Of a stretch of 64,000 nucleotides of DNA, positions 11,424 through 25,100 are shown in pieces. Numbering within the stretch: position 1 is the first letter of the stretch; each line of letters begins with the position of its first letter. Position numbers and translations under genes: made by a program. Source of the DNA: Octopus bimaculoides (taxonomy: Eukaryota). The notes beneath the pieces were generated by a model. That model had not been told where the DNA came from, searched no databases, and saw only the letters and a program-made list of their open reading frames with translations. The stretch covers positions 56,005,927 through 56,069,926 of the forward strand of contig NC_068993.1 of NCBI RefSeq assembly GCF_001194135.2, in the 5' to 3' direction.

Positions 11424-11705
11424 GACAAACACACGTATGTATGCGTGTGTGTGTGTATATATGTGTGTGTGTGTGTATATATGTGTGTGTGTATATGAAT
11501 GTATATTGATGCATACATATACGAGTATACGATTAGAGCTACACTTACATGTACATACATTCTACACAAACACACACACGCACACACAAATGTATATATG
11601 TACGCACATGCACAAGCACACGCAGATACATACGCACATACATAAAGGTACAAACACCGTGAGCATAAAAAGTAAACACAACAGCAACAACAACAACAAC
11701 AACAA
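11345..11705. repeat. Compound (CA)n/(TG)n/(AAC)n microsatellite region
   Basis: Directly visible. Confidence 0.9.
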
Positions 11706-12039
11706 TGAGGTGAGAAGGAGCAAGTTTAGACAAATAATCCTCATTATCAGCAAAGTCTATAAACCTAGTTGCGATTTTCTTGTCAGAAAACATATTTATA
11801 ACAAGAACAATAAGAAAAGCTTGGGCTAAAGCAGGATATTCAAGGTTCGAATATCAGCATTCCAAACCTTCAGGAAAGATCAAATGAACCATAAAAGAAT
11901 ATGATAAATATTCATTGGAACTTATAAACGGTATTTGGTGTATTTATGTATTGTGAATATCAGAATTATTTCAGTTTGTCATGCTATATTTCCTTGTAGC
12001 TCTCCGGATCAATTTACACGAATTCATAGAGGATATCCA

Positions 12040-12070
<31 letters not shown>

Positions 12071-12489
12071 CATACGTACGTACATACGTACTACGTACGT
12101 ACGTAGTGATAGCATAAGAATTTCTTCAGCGAGAGGAAATTGTAAGCTTTCATTTTGAATTAATGTTCACGGTCGTCTGGTTTGATGGGAAATGAATAGA
12201 GAAAAATACAGCATAACGATCGTGTGTTTATATTCAAATGGCAAACCTATAAGAGTAGGGAACCTTTAGAAAATAGATTTCGTTGTCGCAGTAGCGATTG
12301 TGTTTAATTCATATCCTCTCTCAGTTTACAACTGAAGCCAAGAAATATATATTATTAATTATCAGCACGTCTCTAGCTTCCTCTGGCGGAGGAGGTAAAA
12401 CATGACCAACATACGGCAAATACTTTAATTATTTCTTAAAAGTAGGAATCCAGGGCTTCACACTGTGTATATACTATATGTAGGTATGT

Positions 12490-12559
12490 CATTATTCAGC
12501 TTTATTTCAAGATTTCTTGCTAATAGAGAAAGAGCCGGTTTCTAACCTAGATCCAAGGC
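12490..12559 (+). mobile_element. Fragment of interspersed repeat family G
   Basis: ttatttcaagatttcttgctaatagagaaagagccggtttctaacctagatccaagg is the near reverse complement of 63590-63660. Confidence 0.8.
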
Positions 12560-14197
12560 AACATGCTTTGGTTCCTACTTTTGGTCTAATGGATTGGTAA
12601 TGCGGAGCTATTTATTTTGGTATTACAAATGAATAACTTTACAACATTTAAAAAAAGTGAGCTGTTAAGAACATCTATTGACTGAAGTAAAAAGTGTACA
12701 TTATTCGGTTACTATACAAAAAGAAACACTGTACTCTTGTACTGTACTATACTTGTTTAGATCAGTTTACAGGAAACAAATATGGCCGATAGATGTTTTA
12801 ATTTATGTTATTTTTTCCCCAATATAAATGACAATGTCAACAATGTGACATCAATTTTGGAACAATTATTGAAGATCTTTAATTTTATTGCTTTTCTTTT
12901 CCTTGCTATGCACTTTAACAAAATTTAATGAATTAGTCCGAAATTATGACCCATCTAGAATTAAGACTACTTTCACAGAATATGACCAAAGATTTTTTAT
13001 TGTGACAATCAAGATTACTATGACTAGTGTTACTAAGTAAAATGACTCGTCGAAACATTTTCACTGAGCGACTCGTATAAAAACTCTGGCGTTTGGTCGA
13101 CTTAGATTTTCGGGGCCTCATGGTTTTATTTTTTGAACACTTTTTAAAAATACGCGTTATGAATTCTTTTTTCATCAAAATAGGTAGAATTAAATAAGGG
13201 CGTTAGAAGCCTTGAGATTAAATAGGGTACTCGATATCTAGTTATCGTTTTACCCCCATTATGCAGAATAAAGATAGTGAACCAGAAGTATACAAAACGC
13301 TTGCATAATTTGCAGCTTCGGGTGCGGAGTCAAGCAAATCAACGAGAGATTTTCTTGCTAGAAATTACAACACTTGTTAGCCAGCATATTGGTAGTAAAC
13401 AGATCGACGTGCATGATTGTAAATATTATATTTCATTTTAGAAAAAAATCTATTGAAAATCTATCGAAGGATGTCCTAATTGTAAGCAAAATAATTCCCC
13501 TTTGTCAGCAAAAATTAACTAGAACAGTGTTACTTAAGCTAAAAAAAGACGACCTAAAATATTTTAATATACAATGATATTGGTTGCATGAAATTTGATA
13601 AAACTGGCTTCGTAGTTGTAACACATGCACATCACAAAGAGAATACATTAATTGCAGTATAAATGTCTTTTTGAGGAGGCTAGATATGGGCGTTATATAA
13701 GGACACATTTGGGTTCAAACAATAGTTTCTGAAAGGGAAAGAGCTTAATCATTCCCAGTTGATGCAAACCTATTTACATAAAGCAGCATACTGCATATAT
13801 TGCCATTGCCACTTTTTAAAAATTTATGTGACATCCGGTAATCGGCAGGCTTTCAAAACAGAGGGTGGATCCCCTAAGTGGAAAAATATTCAAAACTTAT
13901 TTGTCCTTGAAAATAGCGACAGTCATCGTGAGTCATTTCCTACTTGAACCCCCCCCCCCAAAAAAAAAACCCCCACCGAATTCGTCTTCAAGGTGACATT
14001 GATGAAGAACTACTAAAGCAAATGTAGCAATAAAATAAAATAAAATAAAATAGAGAGATGTACTGTTGCTAGATTGTACAAAATATCCAACTTTTCATAA
14101 TCTTGCATTTCGTAGTCTTACTGAAGATGGCATCAAACGAAAACACAGGAAATTTCATGTTACTTTTGCAGTAAAAAGAGCATTTAGAACAAGCATG

Positions 14198-14333
14198 GGC
14201 AGCTTTCTCGAGAAGCGAGCCGCATCAAACATGGCTCGTCATCAGGCGGACCACACTCCTAAAAAATTTCGAAGTAATCTTCCCTTAGGCGTTCCATTCA
14301 GAAAGCATCACGCGTCGCATTTTACTCACGACT
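14198..14333. repeat. Old interspersed repeat (partner 48515-48650)
   Basis: Colinear similarity, e.g. agaagcgagccgcatcaaacatggctcgtcatcaggc vs agaagcgggccgcatgaaatatggctcatcattaggc. Confidence 0.8.
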
Positions 14334-15772
14334 GACGTAGAAAGTTTAAAAAGTACAAGCAATCGTTAACGTCGTACCTTTCTTCTGAAATTCGAAGTGA
14401 ATTTATAAATCACATGGTTTCAAATGTGCAAAAATATTGTTTGTTAACAATTCGTGGAGATAAATATTATGGTATTCAATTATGATTTCACACTGGATGT
14501 GTAGAATGTCGATGTGGCGGCGCGTCATGGGTAATTGATCGAAGTGATTCAATTTGTTGACATTAACTTCAAGCCAACGAAAGCTGAAGTCAAATAGTCA
14601 TTTATGGGCTTTATACATATAAAGAAAAAAGACGTTGCCCATACTGAGAAAACACTAAACAGTAAGAAGTGGAATGGAATTTATCGAGTGGTTGCTTATA
14701 ATGTTATGCTGTTGCTGGTATTATGTTAGGTCATGATTCTGCAAAATTGCAAAATAGCTCTAAAACTGACCTTCATAAATATCAAAAAGGTCTACAAATT
14801 ATATTACGTACACCGAGGCTATTCTTCATTCATTTTATATTTACAGTTGTGATATTGTAAAATTATTGTGATATTATTGTGATTTTACCGAGGTTCATAA
14901 AGGGCAGTGACTAATTCATTGAGTTATTGTCTGTAAGTGGGCAACGCGCCTCAAAACAAATATTGAAAATATTTCAGAGTTGAGGGTGTTAAAAATAGAT
15001 TTACGTCCGGTACGGTGAACCCTCACCATGTGAGGTCACGGCAAACCTGATCAAATAAGAGTTCATGGAGTGCATACATCACAGAACACATATGTCATTT
15101 ATAACCTATTGAATGTCAAGGACGTGACGATGTCGCTTCCACTTAGTTCTGATGCAGTGACTTGCAGAGTGGCAATAGATGTTAATCAAAGCAACAATTC
15201 AGAAATTAACTCTGTTCAGTACACATAAAACAGATAAAGTTATTCATATTCACCGGAAATACTCACGCTCATACGTTTGGAATTGTACACCTATCGCAAT
15301 TAATAAATTCATCCACTTCCATAGTCTATTGTATTGTTTTGAATACATACGTACATACAAACATATATCATGTAAGTAGGGTTAAAATCCAAGCCTCTTG
15401 AAACTCGTCTGCCTATTACAGTATTACAATTCAGTGTATAGTTGTATTGATGTGAAGTACATTTTCGAGTTGAGCATTCTGGAAATATATTTTGCTGAGT
15501 TTTAATATATCAAAACAAGAAGTTTGAAAAAATTTTTTTTCCAACTTCATTTGTTAATAAGAATTACAAAATTTCCTATTAGACATTCTTCAGAGAATCA
15601 AAAGCTATTATTGATTTTTTACCAGGAGAATTTCTAACAGGAAATTTCTTACATGTACAATTTTGTTTTGTAATTTCGTAATTCCTATTAGGAAATGAAA
15701 CATGTGTAATGGTTAATAAATAATAGCAAAACAATTTTTCCAATTTCATGTTTTGATATATATATATATATA

Positions 15773-16720
15773 TGTAGTGAAACTACCTCCCGCCATTAGA
15801 TACAAACTACTATCGCCATTACATACAATCTTCTCATTTAACTATAAATAAATGCGAGCGTAGTAGAGAACCCATTCCTTGTCCATCACGTGACTGATCA
15901 TTATTCGAATCGGCAACTTCTTCGAACCGTTCCCGCCAGAACGCAAACTGACCAATCACGGCCCCTAGTAAGGTCACGTGATAGAGTATATTTCTACCAT
16001 CTGGTGAGCCAATAGTTTGTTATAAATAGCTTTAACTCGGCAGCCAAATTCGTCTCGGTCCAGTTTCTCTTTGAGAACTGTTCCGTGTACCACACGACAG
16101 CAGCAGTTCCAGCGACCNNNNNNNNNNNNNNNNNNNNNNNNNNNNNNNNNNNNNNNNNNNNNNNNNNNNNNNNNNNNNNNNNNNNNNNNNNNNNNNNNNN
16201 NNNNNNNNNNNNNNNNNNNNNNNNNNNNNNNNNNNNNNNNNNNNNNNNNNNNNNNNNNNNNNNNNNNNNNNNNNNNNNNNNNNNNNNNNNNNNNNNNNNN
16301 NNNNNNNNNNNNNNNNNNNNNNNNNNNNNNNNNNNNNNNNNNNNNNNNNNNNNNNNNNNNNNNNNNNNNNNNNNNNNNNNNNNNNNNNNNNNNNNNNNNN
16401 NNNNNNNNNNNNNNNNNNNNNNNNNNNNNNNNNNNNNNNNNNNNNNNNNNNNNNNNNNNNNNNNNNNNNNNNNNNNNNNNNNNNNNNNNNNNNNNNNNNN
16501 NNNNNNNNNNNNNNNNNNNNNNNNNNNNNNNNNNNNNNNNNNNNNNNNNNNNNNNNNNNNNNNNNNNTGTATGACGGCCTGTCTTTGATTATGTTCTTAT
16601 ATGTCGCATTCACACTCTCACACAGACATACATCTTTAACGCTACAATAAATATCTGTTATTCATCTTATTTCGGTTGTGGTCTTTCATTACTGGTCATC
16701 TATGTTATCGTCGTATAACA
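15773..16720 (+). mobile_element. Probable solo LTR (interrupted by a gap)
   Basis: Starts TGT (tgtagtga), ends ACA (gtataaca); U3-like promoter motifs and TATA before the gap, AATAAA at 16646-16651 after it. No clear TSD and no internal ORF. Confidence 0.55.
15886..16028 (+). promoter_or_regulatory. Pol II promoter-like motif cluster: two CACGTG E-boxes, two CCAAT boxes, TATA box
   Basis: tcacgtgac 15886-15894, ccaat 15952-15956, gtcacgtga 15973-15981, ccaat 16009-16013, tataaata 16021-16028, in canonical order. Confidence 0.6.
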
Positions 16721-16902
16721 TTATGTATATCATCATTTGATATATATATTTGTATGTTCGACCGTGTGACTCGTTTAAATAAAAGGAGTCCTCTGTTTTT
16801 CCATTCGTCACCATTTCTCCTTTTATGAGTTCGCACGGTCGTTCCCTTACATATATATATATAGATGGATGGATAAATAGACAGACGGACAGACAGACAG
16901 AC

Positions 16903-16936
<34 letters not shown>

Positions 16937-17658
16937 ATATTTGTATATATGAAGAACAGCTTTACTTTCATACATGTTTCATTAAGAACACGGCTATATT
17001 CCTATTTCATTTTTATATTACGAATTTTCCATATTTTCGTATAGGGCTTTCCGCGGTTAGCTTGAAATAATAAAGTTCCTTCATTCATACTCAACATTTC
17101 CAAACCTTCACAGCCTCATTCTAGGAATATGAACTAGGTTTGACTTCTCTATTGCTTCTCTTACTATAGATGAACGTTGCATCGAAAGATATTTTGACCG
17201 TTAGGCTTTCATGCCAACTGCCACTTGATAATTTGCTTCATTGTTGTCAAATTCATATAGGCTTCACCGCCTAAATTTTTAACTTAGGCTCCCATGTCAA
17301 CAGCAACATGTTAATTTCTTTTCATGTGTGTTGTTTGTTAATTTATTTTGATAATATATGTATGTATATACCTTTGAATGTGCAAATATGAGAGACCAAG
17401 TGTTGAATAAATGTTGCAGAATTTGTTGAATAATTCGAAGTTCAGAGTTTTGCATGTTAATACTCAGAGTTGCTGTTATATATGTTGAAGTACGATGGGT
17501 GACTTACAAAACTCATCCCTGTTAATCAAAGTAAATATCCTGCCAGGGAAATTAGTGCTGATATGGTTTATGTAATAACCGTCAGGAAGCTAACTAGAAA
17601 TAATTATCTGGAGAACATAATCAAATATTAGCCAATTGCTAAATTGACATTCTTTTTT

Positions 17659-18080
17659 CAGGGTGTCCGGGAGAGAACTGCGCAAATGTTTCGGCTTTTT
17701 AATGATATATTCAACAATGCAAAGAGATTCCTTCATTACTGTTTCCAGATGTACTTCAAAGATTATGTTACTGCAGAAGAGCAAACATTTTGGAAAATAT
17801 ATAGGACCTCTGCTGGTCGAGGTTGATCATGCTTCTGCACATGTTTATGCAGGTCTGAGGTAAGATTTTTAAAGAAATACTGACAGCTGCCCATATATAC
17901 GAGCCCCATCTCTCAATGACACTGAAGTTTATCCAAGAAAAATGCTGCCGCTTGGACCGACGAAGCTTGATGTCAGTATCGTCGCAGATGTCAGAACGCA
18001 AAGAGCTGGAACAAATTACGCAAAGCATCTTACTCGACACTCAAACGGTTCCGTCCTTCAACTGCCTTGAATTGGTATCT
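17659..18080 (+). mobile_element. Possible left end of a Tc1/mariner-superfamily (DD37-like) element
   Basis: cagggtgtccggga start resembles CAGGGTGTCC termini; downstream frame AAWTDEA*CQYRRRCQNAKSWNKLRKASYSTLKRFRPSTALNWY loosely resembles an N-terminal HTH. No TA TSD; an exon reading also fits (see findings). Confidence 0.35.
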
Positions 18081-19181
18081 TTTTTTATCGACCCTCAAAA
18101 ATAGATAAATAAATAAATAAATAAGGCAATGATAGTCCACATCCACATAAAATAGAAGTTAAGTTAATGCCAACGAATTTGAAGCATGGAAGATTTTAAA
18201 ATGAAAAACACTAATATAAATACATGCACAGTGAAGGGGTAAAAATCAATATTATTAATATTATTCAATTATTCTAATTCTCCTTTCATTTTAGCTTAAA
18301 TCCTATCGAGTTCGAGTTTGCCTTTTAACCTTTTCCGGCCGGCAAAGTACCAGCCAAATACTCTCTCCCTTTATTCGACATGCAAGATGCGAAGCCTTGT
18401 GTTTATGTCAGAAATGTATACTGTATTCATTTTTTCCCCTCCCAAAGCACAGGAGGTAACATTAGATACATTTCCATCTTATGAGCACGCTAGCAAAACA
18501 TAACAGTCATCGTAAAATGCGGAAATAATGATGATTTAACGACCGAGTAAATATAATGACAACATTTTCAGTGTCCGTCAAACAATGCTACTCTCAGCTA
18601 TACAAGTGAAACTAGCATGTCATTGTGCAAACGATTGTCTACTACGTCCCTATATTCCAACTAATTATCTGTCCATAATAAATTACTTTGTTTAAAACAT
18701 GCTCAATACATTTGTCAGACNNNNNNNNNNNNNNNNNNNNNNNNNNNNNNNNNNNNNNNNNNNNNNNNNNNNNNNNNNNNNNNNNNNNNNNNNNNNNNNN
18801 NNNNNNNNNNNNNNNNNNNNNNNNNNNNNNNNNNNNNNNNNNNNNNNNNNNNNNNNNNNNNNNNNNNNNNNNNNNNNNNNNNNNNNNNNNNNNNNNNNNN
18901 NNNNNNNNNNNNNNNNNNNNNNNNNNNNNNNNNNNNNNNNNNNNNNNNNNNNNNNNNNNNNNNNNNNNNNNNNNNNNNNNNNNNNNNNNNNNNNNNNNNN
19001 NNNNNNNNNNNNNNNNNNNNNNNNNNNNNNNNNNNNNNNNNNNNNNNNNNNNNNNNNNNNNNNNNNNNNNNNNNNNNNNNNNNNNNNNNNNNNNNNNNNN
19101 NNNNNNNNNNNNNNNNNNNNNNNNNNNNNNNNNNNNNNNNNNNNNNNNNNNNNNNNNNNNNNNNNNNNNNNNNNNNNNNNN

Positions 19182-19223
<42 letters not shown>

Positions 19224-19226
<3 letters not shown>

Positions 19227-19348
19227 ACGGGCTTCTTTCAGTTTCCCTCTACCAAATAGACTCACTAGGCTTTGATTGGCTCAAGGCTATAGTAGAAGAC
19301 ACTTGTCCCAAGGTGCCATGCAGTGGGACTGAACCCGGAACCATGTGG
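19224..19348 (-). mobile_element. SINE family B
   Basis: gggcttctttcagtttcc...gacacttgtcccaaggtgccatgcagtgggactgaacccggaaccatgtgg. Confidence 0.9.
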
Positions 19349-19428
19349 ACCACACAGTTACTCCTATAAACTTATGTATATACATACGTATATGCATGCA
19401 TGTTTACATGTATACTCACACTCACACG

Positions 19429-19431
<3 letters not shown>

Positions 19432-19520
<89 letters not shown>
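19432..19520. repeat. (CA)n microsatellite
   Basis: Directly visible. Confidence 0.98.
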
Positions 19521-19523
<3 letters not shown>

Positions 19524-20611
19524 AAGCACACTCATATATAAACAAACACATGTGTAAGTGCGTCAGAGTGTGTATAGGTGCATGTGTATTATTTGTAGTT
19601 ATAGAGCCATTACGTGTACGTAGGAGTAAATGCATTCGCGCTGCATGACCTCATAAATATATCAAATAAATATGTAAGCGAAGATATACGTTTCTATCAG
19701 TATCAAAGTATATCTATGTATGTGTATACGCATATATATGTATATGTCCAGTTATGTATCTATATGTACATGTAGATGAAGGTATGTACATACGTGTACA
19801 TATATATGCATATACTCATATATTGTTTGTATGTATATACATATGTATATATATATATATATATATNNNNNNNNNNNNNNNNNNNNNNNNNNNNNNNNNN
19901 NNNNNNNNNNNNNNNNNNNNNNNNNNNNNNNNNNNNNNNNNNNNNNNNNNNNNNNNNNNNNNNNNNNNNNNNNNNNNNNNNNNNNNNNNNNNNNNNNNNN
20001 NNNNNNNNNNNNNNNNNNNNNNNNNNNNNNNNNNNNNNNNNNNNNNNNNNNNNNNNNNNNNNNNNNNNNNNNNNNNNNNNNNNNNNNNNNNNNNNNNNNN
20101 NNNNNNNNNNNNNNNNNNNNNNNNNNNNNNNNNNNNNNNNNNNNNNNNNNNNNNNNNNNNNNNNNNNNNNNNNNNNNNNNNNNNNNNNNNNNNNNNNNNN
20201 NNNNNNNNNNNNNNNNNNNNNNNNNNNNNNNNNNNNNNNNNNNNNNNNNNNNNNNNNNNNNNNNNNNNNNNNNNNNNNNNNNNNNNNNNNNNNNNNNNNN
20301 NNNNNNNNNNNNNNNNNNNNNNNNNNNNNNNNNNNNNNNNNNNNNNNNNNNNNNNNNNNNNNNNNNNNNNNNNNNNNNNNNNNNNNNNNNNNNNNNNNNN
20401 NNNNNNNNNNNNNNNNNNNNNNNNNNNNNNNNNNNNNNNNNNNNNNNNNNNNNNNNNNNNNNNNNNNNNNNNNNNNNNNNNNNNNNNNNNNNNNNNNNNN
20501 NNNNNNNNNNNNNNNNNNNNNNNNNNNNNNNNNNNNNNNNNNNNNNNNNNNNNNNNNNNNNNNNNNNNNNNNNNNNNNNNNNNNNNNNNNNNNNNNNNNN
20601 NNNNNNNNNNN

Positions 20612-20653
<42 letters not shown>

Positions 20654-21504
20654 TATGCATACTCACACACGCACACATACACACATATACACACACTTAC
20701 ATACGTGAGTGCACGCGCATTAATGTGCCTGTGAGTGTATATATCTCCGAATATATATATATATATATATACATATATACACACATACATATACACACAT
20801 GCATAAATATACGTACAAACAAACACACACACACTCTCACGTATACATACATGTGTGTGTGTGTGTATGTATATATGTATATGCAAATAGATAAATATGT
20901 ATGTATGTGTGTATATATGTATGTGTGTATGTATGTATGTATGTATGTATGTATGTATGTATGTATGTATGTATGTATGTATTGGTGAGGTTGAGCTAGC
21001 GAAATGCAGAAAATGAAGGAGAAAAATGAAAGAGAAAGAAAAAGAGACAAGGAGAGAGAGAGAATGGGGGGAAGAGAAAGGTGGGGACAGTAACATAAAG
21101 AACGAATAAATAAAGGATCAAAATGAGATTTTAGATAAATATAAAAGACAAAACGAAAATCTTCATTAATTTACTTAATAACACAGTTGTTTGATTGAAT
21201 GTGCACGGAAAGGACATGAATTTATAATCTAAATGGATTTGGCTATTGAAATACTAGTAGATAACGTCTGCAATGCTATTTTTATTTTTGTTTTCTGTCT
21301 ACCATCTCCATACATAATATTCAATATGGCGTAATCATCTGGGAACTTTCTAGGACTTGCAATATATTTACATTTGCGGGCAATTTTTTATTCCTTTAAT
21401 AACGTATTTCATTTCCAACATTTAGAAAAAAGAGGTATGAAAAACTACGAAGATATATAGAAAATATAAGTTACCTTATATATATAAATGTCTGCATGCG
21501 TGCG

Positions 21505-21546
<42 letters not shown>

Positions 21547-23020
21547 NNNNNNNNNNNNNNNNNNNNNNNNNNNNNNNNNNNNNNNNNNNNNNNNNNNNNN
21601 NNNNNNNNNNNNNNNNNNNNNNNNNNNNNNNNNNNNNNNNNNNNNNNNNNNNNNNNNNNNNNNNNNNNNNNNNNNNNNNNNNNNNNNNNNNNNNNNNNNN
21701 NNNNNNNNNNNNNNNNNNNNNNNNNNNNNNNNNNNNNNNNNNNNNNNNNNNNNNNNNNNNNNNNNNNNNNNNNNNNNNNNNNNNNNNNNNNNNNNNNNNN
21801 NNNNNNNNNNNNNNNNNNNNNNNNNNNNNNNNNNNNNNNNNNNNNNNNNNNNNNNNNNNNNNNNNNNNNNNNNNNNNNNNNNNNNNNNNNNNNNNNNNNN
21901 NNNNNNNNNNNNNNNNNNNNNNNNNNNNNNNNNNNNNNNNNNNNNNNNNNNNNNNNNNNNNNNNNNNNNNNNNNNNNNNNNNNNNNNNNNNNNNNNNNNN
22001 NNNNNNNNNNNNNNNNNNNNNNNNNNNNNNNNNNNNNNNNNNNNNNNNNNNNNNNNNNNNNNNNNNNNNNNNNNNNNNNNNNNNNNNNNNNNNNNNNNNN
22101 NNNNNNNNNNNNNNNNNNNNNNNNNNNNNNNNNNNNNNNNNNNNNNNNNNNNNNTATATATATATATATTGGCGACCAAACAGAGGCTCCTCGTTCAAAG
22201 ATATAATTACATTATTGTATAATCCCAAGTTGTCCCTCATCGATCCGACATATAAGTAAAAGTATTAAAATCATAACCAGCCTGCTGCTTGGGTTTGAAC
22301 CCCCACCCTCCGCAGACTATATAATTCAATGTGTCTTTCTTATTTATCGTAAGGTATGGTTGGCTGGTGGTTTCGTTTCGGCTTATTATTAATGTTATCC
22401 TTATCATATTTGACTTTCTCTTTTCACTCTGTCCAAGATTTATTTAAAGTATTACCAAATAAATATTCCCTGGAGTACTTGTGAACGTCTGCCCCAATAC
22501 CCTGGGGGAGAAAAAAAAAAGGTTTTATGTATTCATACTATATTTGCTATATCATTTTGACATTTTCACGTCAAAATGTTTACTAGAGAAATGTAATATG
22601 TCTCTAAAACATTATACTAATTCAACAGCGTACAAAAACATACAAAAATTAGCGCAAAAGGTTGTTTCAGTGAAAAGGTACTTGCAACAAACGTAAAAAA
22701 AAAAATGACGAGCATTTAAATGAAAATGTAATAGAAAAAGAAATTATTTTGAGCAATTTACCAAATATTTGGAAAAATAGCGGTAACAACAATAACAACA
22801 TTCACTCAGTGACAAACATGTTAGTCGCTGAAGTTAATAATTATAATCTTTATTATTCTCACAGTCATTTTTGTATAATTCTTTCAATCTCTATGCCTCT
22901 GTTATACTTTCACGTTACCTTTCTAATTTCTCCAAACTATTCTATAGCTCTATCTTTTTCTTTCTACCTCTTATCTCTTGTTTTATTAGTTGTTTTATTA
23001 TTGTTGTCTCTTATGCTCTC

Positions 23021-23285
23021 GTGGAAGCGCAATGGCACATTGGTTAGGGCAGCGGACTCGCGGTCATAGGATCGCGGTTTCGATTCCCAGACCGGGCGTT
23101 GTGAGTGTTTATTGAGTGAAAACACCTAAAGCTCCACGAGGCTCCGGTAGGGGATGGTGGTGAAACCTGCTGTACTCTTTCACCACAACTTTCTCTTACT
23201 TCCTCTTTCTGTTGTGCCTGTATTTCAAAGGGCCAGCCTTGTCACACTGTGTCACGCTGAATATCCCCGAGAACTACGTTAAAGG
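23021..23285 (+). mobile_element. tRNA-derived SINE, family C (runs into a gap)
   Basis: Box-A-like tggcacattggttagg, box B ggtttcgattcc; homologous to 57423-57693 and 62388-62771. Confidence 0.93.
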
Positions 23286-24708
23286 NNNNNNNNNNNNNNN
23301 NNNNNNNNNNNNNNNNNNNNNNNNNNNNNNNNNNNNNNNNNNNNNNNNNNNNNNNNNNNNNNNNNNNNNNNNNNNNNNNNNNNNNNNNNNNNNNNNNNNN
23401 NNNNNNNNNNNNNNNNNNNNNNNNNNNNNNNNNNNNNNNNNNNNNNNNNNNNNNNNNNNNNNNNNNNNNNNNNNNNNNNNNNNNNNNNNNNNNNNNNNNN
23501 NNNNNNNNNNNNNNNNNNNNNNNNNNNNNNNNNNNNNNNNNNNNNNNNNNNNNNNNNNNNNNNNNNNNNNNNNNNNNNNNNNNNNNNNNNNNNNNNNNNN
23601 NNNNNNNNNNNNNNNNNNNNNNNNNNNNNNNNNNNNNNNNNNNNNNNNNNNNNNNNNNNNNNNNNNNNNNNNNNNNNNNNNNNNNNNNNNNNNNNNNNNN
23701 NNNNNNNNNNNNNNNNNNNNNNNNNNNNNNNNNNNNNNNNNNNNNNNNNNNNNNNNNNNNNNNNNNNNNNNNNNNNNNNNNNNNNNNNNNNNNNNNNNNN
23801 NNNNNNNNNNNNNNNNNNNNNNNNNNNNNNNNNNNNNNNNNNNNNNNNNNNNNNNNNNNNNNNNNNNNNNNNNNNNNNNNNNNNNNNNNNNNNNNNNNNN
23901 NNNNNNNNNNNNNNNNNNNNNNNNNNNNNNNNNNNNNNNNNNNNNNNNNNNNNNNNNNNNNNNTATATATAAGAGACCAAAGTGTACGTACGCTGCTATA
24001 TTTTTATATATAAAAAATACAAAAATGGGACAAGAACGCTAAACAACCACACAGTTAGGTGATACAAAAAAGGGACATCCAGACAGACAATACAAAGAAA
24101 ACAAGGACGGGTCATTCGGAGTTTTCTATCCTCAGTCGAGTTCCAGATTATCTTTGCAATTTCGGCTGGTTATACTCGAGATTGCTTCAATTTGGCCAGC
24201 CCCAAATATATATATCATGGCCTGATTTGAATACAGCAATACCACAACGACAGCAACAACAGTAGTCACAGCTACTACAACATAATTTCTACATTCTGTA
24301 CATGGCGTTAAAAAAATATGTCTATGTCTAAATTAGAGAAAACGTGACTTGAGCATAACAGGGCTTGGTTAGGATCTATGGGTGATTGAAAAATCATTAC
24401 TGCCCACACTCCGATCACATGCTTTCATTTGTTTACGTTTGTTTTACCCCGCTCCTCTTTCTCCTTTCCGTCCAATCAATCTTCGTCGCTACAATAATTA
24501 TGTTGACAAACAAAACACGAAAGTAAATTGTAATATTTTTCTATTTACCTAATTTCATGGTAATAATCATTTAATTATCTGTTGACTTGTATATCGTACA
24601 TGCGCTCACATACATACGCATGCATAAACGCGAAAATTCACACATGCATTCAAACACATAGACATGCAAAATATCGATTCATATTTCAGAATAACTTTAA
24701 GATGGACA

Positions 24709-24875
24709 TACCGTAAATCCTCAAGTATAGTCCGCCCTTGAGTATAATACGCAGGGGATTTTTAGGGGCCTGTATCTCTGAAAAATTTAAACCTTGTGTA
24801 TAATACGCACTCCTTCTCTAACTTGAGTCAAGGAGGTCTATATAACGTCCTTGGTTTGCAAATATATATACGGTA
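24709..24875. mobile_element. Short pogo-type MITE remnant
   Basis: TA|ccgta ... tacgg|TA inverted termini and an internal repeated gtataatacgca. Confidence 0.6.
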
Positions 24876-24975
24876 ACGTCCTTTATTATTATTGTATACA
24901 TAACATAATGCAAACGTGTAGCTTTTTTGTGCACTTTGTTTGCAGAAAATAAAGAAATAACAGTAATAGCATCAG

Positions 24976-24977
<2 letters not shown>

Positions 24978-25048
<71 letters not shown>

Positions 25049-25100
25049 TAATAATAATAATGATGATGATGTTGATGATAATAATAATAATAATAATAAT
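24978..25100. repeat. (AAT)n microsatellite with GAT interruptions
   Basis: Directly visible. Confidence 0.97.

Noticed and set aside
23021-23095. tRNA genes at SINE heads (also 57423, 62700-62771, 48250)
   Set aside because: Box A/B are present but no complete cloverleaf, and each continues into a repeat body.
24100-24150. Hammerhead on the minus strand (CTGAGGA...GAAT)
   Set aside because: Second core strand is GAAT, with no independent helix II or helix I.
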